Source: Puccinia triticina (lineage: Eukaryota). Taken from it: a stretch of 64,000 nt of DNA. Below the pieces are notes generated by a model, which saw only the letters and a list, made by a program, of their open reading frames with translations, did not search any database and was not told the DNA's origin. Made by a program: the position numbers and the translations under genes. Each line of letters begins with the position of its first letter. The stretch's first letter is position 1. This document shows positions 47,782-60,377 of this stretch, piece after piece. The stretch is from NCBI GenBank assembly GCA_026914245.1, contig CP110439.1:7750001-7814000 (forward strand), read 5' to 3'.

Positions 47782-48520
47782 CTTGACAGATTCACGGATG
47801 GCTTGATTCGACGATTCAGGAAACAGAGACAGGAATCCAGCGGTTAAGCTAGGAACAAAGCAGTGAAGACTTCAACTGATTAAATAGATGTCTTGCGCGT
47901 TTTTGATCTATGTAGTTGAAGCTTCATCCCAAAAACTGTGAGACCGAGGGTAGGAAGATGGGCGTTGTACGCATGAAGGCCTCCAGAGGTTCCGAAACGA
48001 TGTCCATGGAGGCGGTGAATGTCTGGCAGGAGGGCAGCATATGCCTCGATGGATCAAGATCAGAGGCCGTACAATTCTTCTTGTATGTATAGCGGCCCCA
48101 TCGAGAGCTGCTCCCACACTGCCCGATCGAGTCTCTCCCACTGCTTCATGAGATTCAAGTTGTCGCCACCACTCTTCCCAGATCACTGACACGAGGCCAG
48201 GACCCCCAGTATGAACCGATAATCATGGAAAGACTCTTCTTTATAGGGTACCTCGAGTGATACTCGTTTTCACTTCGTATTGTTATACTTGGCTTTCATC
48301 ATCTTGTCCGATCGAAGTCTTTGAACATGCAAGTACAGGTGCTTGTACCATTTAACTGGCCTCAGCTGCGAAAACCCGGTCAGGGGACAAGAGTGTTGCG
48401 CCAGACCTGCTACGCAGAACTAAAATTTGTTTCTGTTCTCCCAGTTTCAGAGTTGCCACATCAGTTTACAAATATTTACATAGTCAAGAGCTGTGTTGGC
48501 CAAAATAGGGGGGGGGGGGG

Positions 48521-51308
48521 TAAAGGTGTAACCCGGGGTTCGGGACGGGGGGTCTTCCCCATCCCGAGGCCCGTATCCGAGTTTACCCGGGTGGACACCG
48601 AACCACCCGGGTGTTTAGGTTTTTTTCATTCATTGGCAGCGGCCAGCCCTATTGGTGCCATTTTCCTGCTCCGAAATTAACCAACCATGAAGAGAAAGCG
48701 AAACAAAACTCAAAGCCGCTGCAATAGCCCAACCACACCGGATCCAACGCCAAGGACGGTCATTGAGGTTGATGACAACAGCGATACAGAAAATGGTGAT
48801 ACGTCAAAACCGGATAATCAACGCCGTAGCTGGGTTTGGAACCATCTCAAAGTCCACGGTGATGTAGCTATCTGCCAAGTGGTCCTCAAGACTGGCAAGA
48901 TTTGTGGCTCGAAGTTGAAGAGGGATAAAAGTTCCAGCACCAAGAACTTCCACGAGCATCTGAAGAAAATCCATCGCCTTGCCGATCCGAAGCTTGTCAA
49001 AAAAGCTGCGAACTCACAGATTGATCTAGAAAAATGGGCAAGGAACTCAAAGTTTGTGCCAAAAGTACGTGACAGATAGGTGTTCTAAATGAAAGCTTCA
49101 TGCATCATGATTGGCTGATTTTGTTTTTCTAGGTTGAGCTCAATAACGAAACGCTTAAAACTGCACTAGTGTACTTCATCGCCGATTGCGATCTCTCTTT
49201 TTCCATTGTGGAAAAGAAGTCTTTCCAAAATCTTATCCGACTTGTGAATGAAGAGGCAATGCCCTTGATGGACAACACCTGCCGGACCAGGATTTCGAAC
49301 CATCTCTCTCGGATGCATATGGCATCACAGGAAAATATCAAGCTGCAATACATAGCTAAACAAGAATATCTTTCATTCACCGAGGATGCTTGGACAGCCC
49401 CAAATTACTGTGCGTACATGGCGGTAACGGCACACTTCATCGATGAGAAGTTTGAGATGGTAGATCTAACCATTGCCGTTCCTAACGTACAAGGCATGCT
49501 GCACTTGCAAGTTCTGTTGTCTTTTTGTTTCTGGTCTAATAATTCTGCTTTTGTTTTTCTAGGTCATCATAGTGGAAAGACGTTCGCCGAATTATTCTAT
49601 GAAGTTCTTGAGAAATACGAGTGTAGCAACAAGATACATACCATCACAGCTGACAACGCATCTACAAACAACACAATGGCAAAAGATATCGAGCTTCAAA
49701 TTCCTGGCTTTGATACTAAAAAGCAGCTACTTGGATGTATAGCGCACGTGATTAATCTTGGAGCTCAGGCGGGATTAAAGGTGCTAGGAACTGGCCTTGA
49801 GGAGAAGGAAGTGGAAGAACTCTCGATGTCAGCAATGGATTCATCCACGAACACCGAGAATATAGAGACTGAGGAACGACAACCAGCTCAGTCTGTTATG
49901 AGGATCACTAATTTGACCTCTCAGCTGGATGGAATCGGTATCAATCTGAAAACAATACTCAAGCGTATCCATGGGCTATGTAATTTTGTCCGCTTCTCTC
50001 CACTACGGCGTGAACGATTTCGAGAAGTTGTTAACTTCATTCAACCGGAACTTCGTGAAAGTGGTGCAAAATTTGACTGCCTCGAGATCGATGTGGCTAC
50101 AAGGTGGAACTCGACCTTCCAGATGTTCCGACGGGCAATCAGTCTTCGGAGCGCATGTGATCACTACTGCAAAACTACTAAAGAAACTACTGCGTACCTT
50201 TTGACATCTGCCGAATGGGATCAAGCCGAAAAATTCATGAATTTCCTTGCACCACTTAGCGATGCAACTGAAAAGCTCTGCGGAACCAAGTATCCGACTT
50301 TGAACACTGCCTTACCAGTCTACATGGTATTGATGAAACATCTCCACTCATTCAAACAAGGTCTTTATGACTCGGCTCAGCTTATCCAACCAGCCGACAA
50401 GGTCATACAGAAAATTGATTACTATGTTCGCAACGCGCTCACCAAACCAGCCTACTTCTGCGCAATGGTCCTTGACCCAACATTTAAGCTCATGTTCTGG
50501 AAAAAACATGCTGAGTTCATTCATGAACACTACAACATCTCAGTTGACCAAGTACTTAGAATTTTCTCCGACACTGCGAACGAGTTTGATATCAAGTACA
50601 AGAAACACCCTCCAGGCGAGAAGCAAAATTGCCAACCTAGCAAATCTCGAGACAGAGAAACGAAGATGGATCTCTTTGATTCTGAGTTCTATGAACCCAC
50701 CGGTCCGGTTGACACAATCGATGCCGAGATCAAGCGATATCTCAAAGAAGACCCCGAGTCTAAAGGAACGAAGCTCCTCGATTACTGGCGCAACCGACAG
50801 CAATCGTTCCCCATCTTGGCCAGAATGGCTAGATGTTATCTCGCTATCCCCGCAACAAGTGCGTCGTCGGAGAGGGTATTTTCAAAAGGTCGGCGGGTCT
50901 GTTCTTGGTCGCGCTCCTCGCTCACCCCTCATACAGTAGAAGAGCTTCTATGTATCAAAGACTGGTACCAGTCTTCCAAAGGGCCTGTTTTTTAATTTTT
51001 CTATCTTGGTCTCAATCGTCTTTGTTTATTTCTTTGTTCTTCAACCGCTACACCGCACCAGCAGTCACCAGATTGAATGATGTCCGACAAAATGCAGCCC
51101 TCCAGGCTTCCACTTATAAATAGAAAGAGACGTTATCAGTCCCTGAACCACGGAACATCACTGTGAGATTGTTCCTGCCCCCCACTCAATTTATGTTGCA
51201 CAACCACCCGGGTGTTCGGGTGGTTTGAGGGAGTGATCCCGTGGACCGACACCCGGGTGGTACCACCCGTGAAAACACCCGAGGTGCGGGTTTCGGGTGA
51301 CACCTTTA
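48521..51308 (+). mobile_element. hAT DNA transposon, apparently complete (2788 bp)
   Basis: TIR TAAAGGTGT(A/C)ACCCG; poly-G on both sides (48508-48520, 51309-51319); CACCCG/CCCGGG subterminal repeats. Confidence 0.93.
48687..50995 (+). CDS. hAT transposase with BED zinc finger (exons 48687-49064, 49133-49493, 49563-50995)
   Basis: BED finger SWVWNH...C..C...H...H; DAWT; TADNASTN; CIAH; TRWNS; C-terminal IPATSASSERVFS. The second intron is GC-AG. Confidence 0.93.
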
Positions 51309-51378
51309 GGGGGGGGGGGTTGGCTGATTCAGAAATCAGCAGTCGAACCTTGCTCGAGTTGAGCTTGGCATGCCATAT

Positions 51379-51545
51379 TTATGGTATTCAAAATTGCATA
51401 AGATTTTTTTAAATACATAAAATCATAAACTGCAATTTTGGCTGGGAGATGTCACTTTAAGTTTTATGCACGTTGACATCTCCCAGCCAAAATGGGCTTT
51501 ATGATTTTATGTAAACAGTGGCATATGCAATTTTGAATACCATAA
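51379..51545. mobile_element. Small foldback/MITE-like element
   Basis: Outer ttatggtattcaaaattgcata / tatgcaattttgaataccataa and inner ttttggctgggagatgtca / tgacatctcccagccaaaa inverted repeats. Confidence 0.65.
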
Positions 51546-51713
51546 TTCTCAGAAAGTGTCTGGGAAAGTGTGCACTGTGAGCCTGTGAGGTTGCGCACCG
51601 AGCGGCAAGGGCGGGTAGATAATTCGGGTTTCGACGAGACCCCCGCGCCGGGAGTTTACCTGTTAGTGGGCTGCGACAGGAGGACAGCAGCACCCAGCAT
51701 CAACCCAACCACC

Positions 51714-54700
51714 ATGTCTCGCTATCCAACACCGCCGCACAGCCAGACCGACTCACAATCAATCGGACTATCATCCTACCAGCAACGATCTGAACACCGA
51801 AATCAGCAGCAGCAGCAGCAGCAGCAACGAACTGGACTGCCACTGCCCAGCCAGCAGAAGTCACTCTCATCATCCCAACCAGCCGCAGCTCACTCTCCCT
51901 CATCATCACCCGCCCCAAACAACGAACAGCTGGATGCCCAGATCAAACGCACCGCACGAACCCACTACGACCTGCTCAACTCATGGCTCCACAACCCATC
52001 CGACCAATCCAACAAATGTTCAGTCCAATAACTCACTTCAAAAACACACCCACCATCACTAACACACAACCTTCACCCCCTCCTAGCTCCTCCGAACCGA
52101 TCCAATCCCCGTGACAAACTCACCCGGCTGACCCGGCAACAGTTCCAGGAACTCAGTACGGATGTCTACGACGAACTGTGTCGAAGGATAGCCGACTCTG
52201 AAGAACCACAACAGCCACAAAACGGTGCCGGTAAACATCCCCCCTCAGCTCTCTCAAAATATCTACACCATCCAACTCACCCATCTCTTCCCCAACCAGC
52301 CCCCTTTCTAGCATCAAGAGACGAATTTCATCCCAAACGAAATCAAGCCCGTCAGAAATTAGCCTCCCTGCCTCGCTCCCGCTTCAAAGATCTGGCCAGC
52401 GATGTATTCTACGAACTTGAACGACGATACCCAGAATTCCTACAGCCCGATGTGAATCGATAGTCCACTTCTCGAAAAAAAAGAAAAAGCCATCTTGCTG
52501 ACTTTACTCTCGCTCTCTCGACGTTTTTCACACAGCACACCATTCCCTCAAAACAGAATTATACCACACCCGTCAGGAACAAGCTCAACCAGTACAATCC
52601 TGATCCTCAAAGACCCCCACCCTCTCTTCCATCAAACCCTGGCCGACCACTCAATCCACCCATGAATGCGGCCACAGGACTTATCACCACAGATATGGTC
52701 GTGCCCGACAAATCCACCCTAGTGATCGAAAATAATGATGATGCCTATGATGACCAGATCTCAGGAGATGTCAACAGTCTCGAACCCCCATTACGAACCG
52801 CCTCCATCGACCAACCTAACTCGCGTGACATCCTCAAGCCTCCTGCTCCACATGATCATCGCCCCCGCTCAGGCAGTCTTTCGTCTATCAAATATCTCTC
52901 TCATAAACGAAACGAATCCGATTCCCATCTGGCATTCAACCGAATCAATAGCAATGGATCCAAAGTCTCAATCAGTGAATACGACCGTCAGATTGCCACC
53001 CTGCAAACCAAAATCATCACCCTCGAAAAAGAACTTCGTGAGACTCAGCTCAACAGCACCAGATCAACTTCAAACTCCGCCCGGCTGGAAGAATGCGAAG
53101 AGGAGATCCTCCATTGGAAACAGGTACACGATGGCCCATTCTCTTCATTATTCTTCATGTTGTTGCTTTGGAAACATTCACAAATCTAACCCTGCGCGCT
53201 TTTATTCACCACTAGCAATGCGAAGAGCAGAAGCATCAAATCAAGACACTGCAAACAAGCCTGCAGGACGAGAAGAAATCTAAATCCAAAGAGTACCAAT
53301 CTGCCGAGCACGAGATCCAAGAGCTAAAACGGCAAATCTCCCATCTAAATCAGCGGTTGGAATCTAGACCCGCGTCGGATAGCAACAGTAGATCGAATGA
53401 CTCGGTCGTCGAAAGACTGAAGGCCGAAGTCGTCGAGCTTATTGACGAGCTGAGACAGATGCACAGCCGGCAGGATTTACTTTTGGCTGAACAAGACCGC
53501 TTTCAGGAGACCATTCAAGACCTGGAAAATACTGTCGAACTCAATAAAAGACGCTATGAAGCCGCCAAGACCGAGCTACGCGACCTCAAACGTGAGCCCC
53601 CTCTTTCGGTTCCCCATCACCTGAATTCAGCCACATGCATCCAACCGCTGTGAAACCCATGTACCCTTCAGAAACAAGTAGCTAACGTTGATAGATTGTA
53701 ATACCCGCCCTCAAAACTTGTGCGATCAGGTTCATCAACGATATATGCGCCCAAGGAATTCCTACCAAATGAAAAGTTACCCCTCACCCAAAATGGTGCG
53801 ATCGTCGATATCCACTTTACCTCCTATACAGCCTCGATAGACGATCTGCTGCGGAGTGGGCGATCGAATGTGTCCAACGAGCTGATCTCGTCCGTGAGGA
53901 GGGTCATCGATACGGTCTCGACGATTGATGAAGACATTCAACAATTCGAACTTGATCCGAGCATGTCTGGGAGACTTAATCTTGAGGAGCAGGAATCACT
54001 AGACACGATGAAGACGCGAATCAACGCCACGCTCAGTAACTTGATCACTGCAACCAAGAACCATGTCGTCTCCCTTGGCTTATCCCCGATCAGTCTCCTG
54101 GATGCAGCTGCTAGTCATCTCTCCTTCAGCATGGTCGAACTGGTCCAGCTAGTCGGGATGCGTCGGGCAACTGAGGCGGAGATCGAGATGAGTGAAAACT
54201 TCCACGCCAATCGGTCCAAGTATGATGATGATGATTCACATCAGAATGGTGGGGCGCAGATCACGGCCTCAAAGCCCCGTCCGGCCAACAATGGACTTTC
54301 CCCTTCTCCTAACCACACCGCCGGGATAGGCTCTCTGGGACGTCGAAATGATGACTCACCGGCTCCATTAAGGATCAACAAAGACAGAGACCGCGACTCT
54401 CCTCGGAGCCAACAAGGCTCGGGCGCGTCTCCACGCGCTGACCCATACGAGCAACCGGGCAAATTGAACGGATTCCTGAGCCGGAATCGGCCACCTGGAG
54501 CCTTAGCGACTAACCAGCCGAGCTCGAATGGCCGGAACCCGACTGAGAAAAGCCCTGGCGGACCGCTAACCAGTCGGACCCAACAGATCGCAAGCAAGTT
54601 TGAAGAGCTTCGATCGCCAAGCGGGTTCGATGGTAGCAACGCCTCCGACCTCAGAGACTCTGTGTCCGGCTCGTCGTCGACTAACCCAGACAAAGTCTTC

Positions 54701-55467
54701 GATTCTCCGCCAAGGGCCGGCATGCTCAACCGTGCCTTCCGCAACGTCCCCTCAATCCCTATCCGTCATGATCTAAACGGCCAAGCTGGCCGTGATCGTT
54801 CCAACTCCAGATCTGCTCGTACCGAAACTGCTAACTCTGGAGACCGATCAGGAGAGATGAGCGCTCAATCTGATGAAGAGGTTGAGAAATTAAAGGTGAG
54901 TTTCTCTTGACACTACTACCAACAGTGGAATCCAAAACTAACCGAAACGCGGATTTGATTTGCGTTCTTCGGATTCGTTTTAGGTTTATCTAGAGACACA
55001 AACCGAGTCGATAGTAGGTTCGATCCAATCGCTCCTGTCGACGATCCGAGGGACGGCGCAAGTCTCGGCTGCAGCGACGGAGGAGATGGATGGGAACCTG
55101 AGCCAGATCATCAAGATCGTCTCCGCCATCGTCGACCGCTGTTCCTCCTCCGTCTCGGCCCGTCCGACGGACGGCAAGACCCAGAAGATCCTCGCCGAGC
55201 TCACCGAGAACTGCCAGAAACTCAGCCAGATGCAGGACGGCGGCTTCCATAACCCGACCCCCGGCCAGCTGGGCTTCTCTAAGCATGTCAAGCAGGCTAT
55301 GGCTGCCGCTAGCTTCGGCGTCGCCAAGGCTCTCAAAGAATTGTCCGTCCTTTCGCTTCCTTTCTTCTCTTCCGCTGCTTTCCTCCATTAATCTGACGGC
55401 TGTTCTTAATGTTTGTTGATTTAGGAACTCTCATGTCTCGGGAGCTGGCGAAGAATCCTTGCTATAA
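51714..55467 (+). CDS. SPA2: Spa2-like polarisome scaffold (multi-exon)
   Basis: Two SHD/GIT repeats (RDKLTRLTRQQFQELSTDVYDELCRR; KRNQARQKLASLPRSRFKDLASDVFYELERRYP), a coiled coil and C-terminal helical domains. Internal exon borders not all resolved. Confidence 0.85.
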
Positions 55468-56129
55468 AAACCTACCCACGCATTCCCCTCTCTCTCTCTA
55501 TATGGTGTAGTTAGTTGTTGGGTGTACGAATATATATATATATAATCAGTGTATGTATCGTGTAAAGCATCGCGTGTGCTCAGTCAACGAGCTGTCTCTC
55601 TCACAAACACACTATATTATATATTTATTTGTTTTACTTATTTATTGCTGCCAACTTATATGATCAACAACATCAAAATGATTTACATAATCCCGGCGCG
55701 CTTCTTCGAGATTCATTTTGCTATATACTGTTACCAGATATCACCATTCGCACCCCAAAAATCCCTTGTTCATTGTTTATGGATGATAGATAAATTGATT
55801 GATTGATACAATGAACTATGGTCCTGTTGATGTCCATTTGCTTGTGTTTCTTGTTGACTGCCTTGTCTCATTTAGGGGGCTGCATGCTGATTAAAGGTCC
55901 TTTTATCAGCATTACCTTTTTCTAAGCTTGGCCAGATGTGTGTGATTTAACTGCTTTATTTTGCAAAGAGTTGTTGATACACAGCTTGAAATGGGCTCGC
56001 TATGATGAGCTCAGCTAGAGCATGGTCACTTGACTTGGCAAGGTTTGGCGGAGGGTATAAGATCGTTGAACTGACTGTTTCGACTAACCAACTTCTCCCA
56101 AGAACCACTCGGTAAAGCAAGTCCTCAAG

Positions 56130-57480
56130 ATGAAAGTTTCAGAGGAACACGCCCCAGTCAATCTGGCACACCTACCTGCGATCACCCAAGCGACCAGTGC
56201 AGCTATCGGCTCGGTGATTTCCAATGCAATCGTCTATCCTCTTGACCTGGTAGGTTGTGCACATCTCTTCCTTCAAAACGCAGGAAACAAAGCACAACTA
56301 TCCTAACTTGTCCCCGCTATCCTTGCTGCCCGTTCTCTAGGTCACGGCTAGAATGCAAACGAGACGGTTGAAAAGGATCTCAAAGAATAAAAGGCCTGGG
56401 TTCAATCGAATGTCGTCATTAGCATCAGAGTTCTCGACCACGTCTACTGGCACATCGATCAAGCGATCCAAGGATTACGAGACATTGTTAGGATCGTTCC
56501 GGACAATCATACAATCAGAAGACCGCTCGCCGAACTTGATTCTCAAGTTTTATGACGGCATCCTCGTCGACTCGGTGGCCGCGTTGATTAATAGTTTTAT
56601 CTACTTTTATATCTATACCAACTTGAATAAGCTGAATATCAGATACAAGAAACAGACTCAGAGGACGATCGGCTGGTTCGAGTCTATCCTCGAGGAGATC
56701 CTCATGGGCTCGCTCACTGGAATCGTCTCCAAGTTCTTCACCTGTCCCTTAAATAACATCACCATCAGACTGCAAACCTGCTCACCTTCTAAACTGTCCC
56801 GTTTACAATCTTCGCACCACTTGAGGATATCTTCTTCCCAACATGACGATCATCAACATGCAGATGGAAAGACGTTGATTGAGAAGAGCCCATCGAGCAA
56901 CAACTTCCATAAGCTTCCTAACGATTCGAGCTCCAGTGAAGAAGATGAAGACGACGATGAGGACTTCGAAGGCGGAGGGAAATTGACATATTTGTCTTAT
57001 CTAATGAATACGATCAAGTCAATCTACGATGATCGGGGATACCGCGGCTTCTGGTCCGGCTTCGGAAAGAATTGCATCCTTACCTTGAACCCATCCTTGA
57101 CGCTCTACTTGACGAAGCTGATGAAACACTTGACGATTAGCAAGAGCGCTCAAGGCTCTGAGGGATTGGTGATCACTTTCCTGAACTCGGCGATCGCCTC
57201 AAGTCTCTCGACGATGATCACCTATCCATTGATGCTCTCCAAGACCTTGATCCAAACCTCGCAAGGGTCCCTCGCTCACCAACGCCAGCTCACCCTGCTC
57301 ACTCGCTATCGTCATTTCGGCCCCGCCGCGCTTTACACCGGCTTGCAGGCTAAACTCCTCAAGGTCTTCATCGGTCAGGGCATCACCATGTCCATCAAGA
57401 GCCAAATCGAAACTCTCTTCGTCTCCCTCTGGATCTTTCTGAACCACCACCGTCGTCGTCGTCATCAGAAGTCCCTGTGA
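56130..57480 (+). CDS. ANT1: Mitochondrial-carrier-family protein, peroxisomal adenine nucleotide transporter-like (intron 56250-56340)
   Basis: Three carrier signatures: YPLDL|VTARMQ, CPLNNITIRLQ, YPLMLSKTLIQ. Also GFWSG...LTLNPSLT, typical of the Ant1/PMP subfamily. Confidence 0.75.
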
Positions 57481-58302
57481 ACACTCCTTCACACAGTCTC
57501 AATACATAGATCAGTCTGCAAACTTCGCTCTCTTTTGCTCCCCTTGACTTACTTCAACAATGTAACTTCCCTTCTTCTATATTCACATTCATCCTTGAAC
57601 ACTTCCTGCATTGTGTGTATACGCCATCGATTTGTATCAACCAGAACTGTAGCAACCTGTGCATATGTTCATTTATTCACTTATTTAATTTGGCCCCCAA
57701 AGAAAATTACACACGGTGATTTATGTCAAGACAGAATCGTTATAATTTACATTGCGCTTGACGAAAAATTCCTCACAGTTTTGGGCACTGTATGTACTGG
57801 GAGCAAAAAACAACAACACATTTTCTTTATCCACCGCTGGAGTTTCATAGGATCAATCATGCTATATAACAGCATGGCAGCTGCACTCCAAATCAGTAGG
57901 AAAAAAACTATATAGCACATTGGGCCAATGAAATGATGGATATTATTATACCTCATGATAATTTTTTCATGTTATATCAAGATCATAGATGTGAGACCGC
58001 TTGAGGAGCTCATTGCATATCAAGAAAAACAAAGTGGCCATCATTTGAGGAGAAAGTTGTAAAACTGAAAAAGATACCAACAGAGGAGGGCATCTAAGCT
58101 TGAGAGTCACTAGGTATGTTCCGCGGGCTAAATAAATTAGGAACATCTCAGGGTCATAAACATTAGGGGAAATTTGTCATCAGCACCGCAAGACAGAAAC
58201 AATGAAGGTAGTCTGAAGTCCAATCTCCCGAGAAAAAAAGTAATCCATGCATAAATTGTTATGTCCTGGTGGGTGGCCTAGCTGTCTCCAGAAAAAGCAA
58301 AT

Positions 58303-59268
58303 CTAATGTGGCTTATGATTAGGATCGAAAAGATGACGGAACGTGTGACCCCAGTGGCACTGGCTCCACTCATCAGCAGCCAACCACGGCGCTATGATTG
58401 CTATAACAAAGAACAATATAGTTCCAGAAAGATCCTGCTCTTTGACGTATTCGATGATGGCACGATATCGATCGGTGGCCCCGCCTTCTTCACCGCCAGT
58501 TGTCCTAAGGTTATGCCGACCTATACCTCTCTCTCGCTCGGTGCCGATCGGCTGTAGACGGCCCAACATCATCATACTGGCCATCAGGACTCGAGTTGGG
58601 TCTCGAAACATTAAACGCAACTTACTCTATGATGATCCCCGCGCCGAGGCTTGCTGGTACGTGGGTGTTCTGCGGAGGGCCCTCCCCTTGCCCAGTTTTC
58701 ATGACTATCCAGGGACGGGATGTCGACGATGTGCGTATGCCGGTGATGGGTGCCGGGGGTTAACTGGGCCCGGAAACAAATGATTCATGATAATTATCAC
58801 CATGATGATGAGAGATCAGTCTCATTGTTAAACCAACACAACTTACTTCGACACCGTAATTGCGATGCGGGTTATCAGACAACAACTCCACGGGAGATTC
58901 GTCAACTGGCTCTATTTCAAAGACCGATTTATGCGGACCCTGCAAATAAACCGCGAGCATTATGATTATGATTTAAAGTAGCACTTGGATCTGTAAGCAC
59001 AACTCACTTGAGTGACATAATTGTAAGCCAACTCCGTTGATGAGAGCAGATTTGAGGAAGATGCTTCTCCGGAGGATGTCCAGGCTGGTTCTGCATCGAT
59101 TGTTGTTTCGAGACTTCTCGAAGATTCAGTCGGAACCGCAACGTACTGACCAATAAGCTATGCAAGAAGAGAGCTCGGTAAGCTCAGAGAAAGTCCGATG
59201 CTAGGAAGATGGAATAGAAAGAAAGAAAAGAAACTGACTATCAGAGATGTGAACAAAAGAGATCTCAT
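58303..59268 (-). CDS. Hypothetical protein with signal peptide and C-terminal hydrophobic segment (5 exons)
   Basis: MRSLLFTSLI|LIGQYVAVP...; four phase-0 GT-AG introns give a continuous frame ending ...TILFFVIAIIAPWLAA...HKPH*. Confidence 0.6.
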
Positions 59269-59867
59269 GATGAAGAGCTTGAAGCTAGGCGGATATAATC
59301 GATTGATCGGTGTGGATTTCACTACTCAAGTTACTCGACTGAAGAGAAGTCGCATCAAAACATCCACATCACCTCTTCAATTTACGTCCGACCGATTCGC
59401 AGCACACCCATCCATGAAAGGTGTTCACATCATGTAGCATCAAGGTGATTCCTGTCTGGGACAGTTTTTGAGATTTGATCGAGGGCGACGGCCACCAAGT
59501 ACTTCTTATACTTACGCAGCTAGACAGCTCATGATCACGCCAAATCATTTTGTGCCTTGACGGTCCCTGAGCCACTCTCACCAACTTCGATCAAACCGTG
59601 CTGCCACGTCCCATATCAGACGTTCCGTTCCACTTGTTTCTGCTGATATGAGGATTGATTCAACTCAGTTGGGTTTGGCCAGCATATTTTCAAATCTGCC
59701 CCAAACCAACCCAACCCAAGATAAATGTTGGGTTGGGTTTGAGCAACAATGGGTAGTTACAATACACTACAATAACCGCCGTTATCCGTGTAGCGTAACA
59801 CTTGCTGTTACTACACTCAGGTTTTATTGGTATCAGTAACAACCAGTTTTGAGCCCGGGCTTGTATT

Positions 59868-60068
59868 AGGGGGGATCACAATTGAATTTTATAAAACTTT
59901 GGAGGTTGTTTTAAGGCCTTTATGAACATAATTTGAAAATTTTGGCAAGATGTCCAGAAAAAGGTGTGACTGATCAATCAGTGCAATTGATCAACTTTTT
60001 AAAAATATGTTGATAAACAGGTTAAAATGGGTCCTAAAGTTTTACAAATTTCAATTGTGAACCCCCCT
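59868..60068. mobile_element. 201-bp MITE with ATT TSD
   Basis: TIR AGGGGGG(A/T)TCACAATTGAA; TSD ATT at 59865-59867 and 60069-60071. Removing it restores the host sequence gtattgtaacaggcc. Confidence 0.88.
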
Positions 60069-60176
60069 ATTGTAACAGGCCAGAATTTTTAATGTGTTAC
60101 TTGCGTTATTAGTAATGTAACAGGTTAACCTCTGGATAACAAGATAAAGAGGTGCAAATGGCCCCCTCAGGCCAAT

Positions 60177-60377
60177 AGGGGGGTTCACAATTGAAATTTG
60201 TAAAACTTTAGGACCCATTTTAACCTGTTTATGAACATATTTTTAAAAGGTTGATAAATTGCACTGATTGGACAGTCACACCTTTTTCTGGACATCTTGC
60301 CAAAATTTTAAAATTATGTTCATAAAGGCCTTAAATTGACCTCCAAAGTTATAAAAAATTCAATTGTGAACCCCCCT
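60177..60377. mobile_element. 201-bp MITE with AAT TSD, inverted copy of 59868-60068
   Basis: Same TIR; TSD AAT at 60174-60176 and 60378-60380. Confidence 0.88.
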
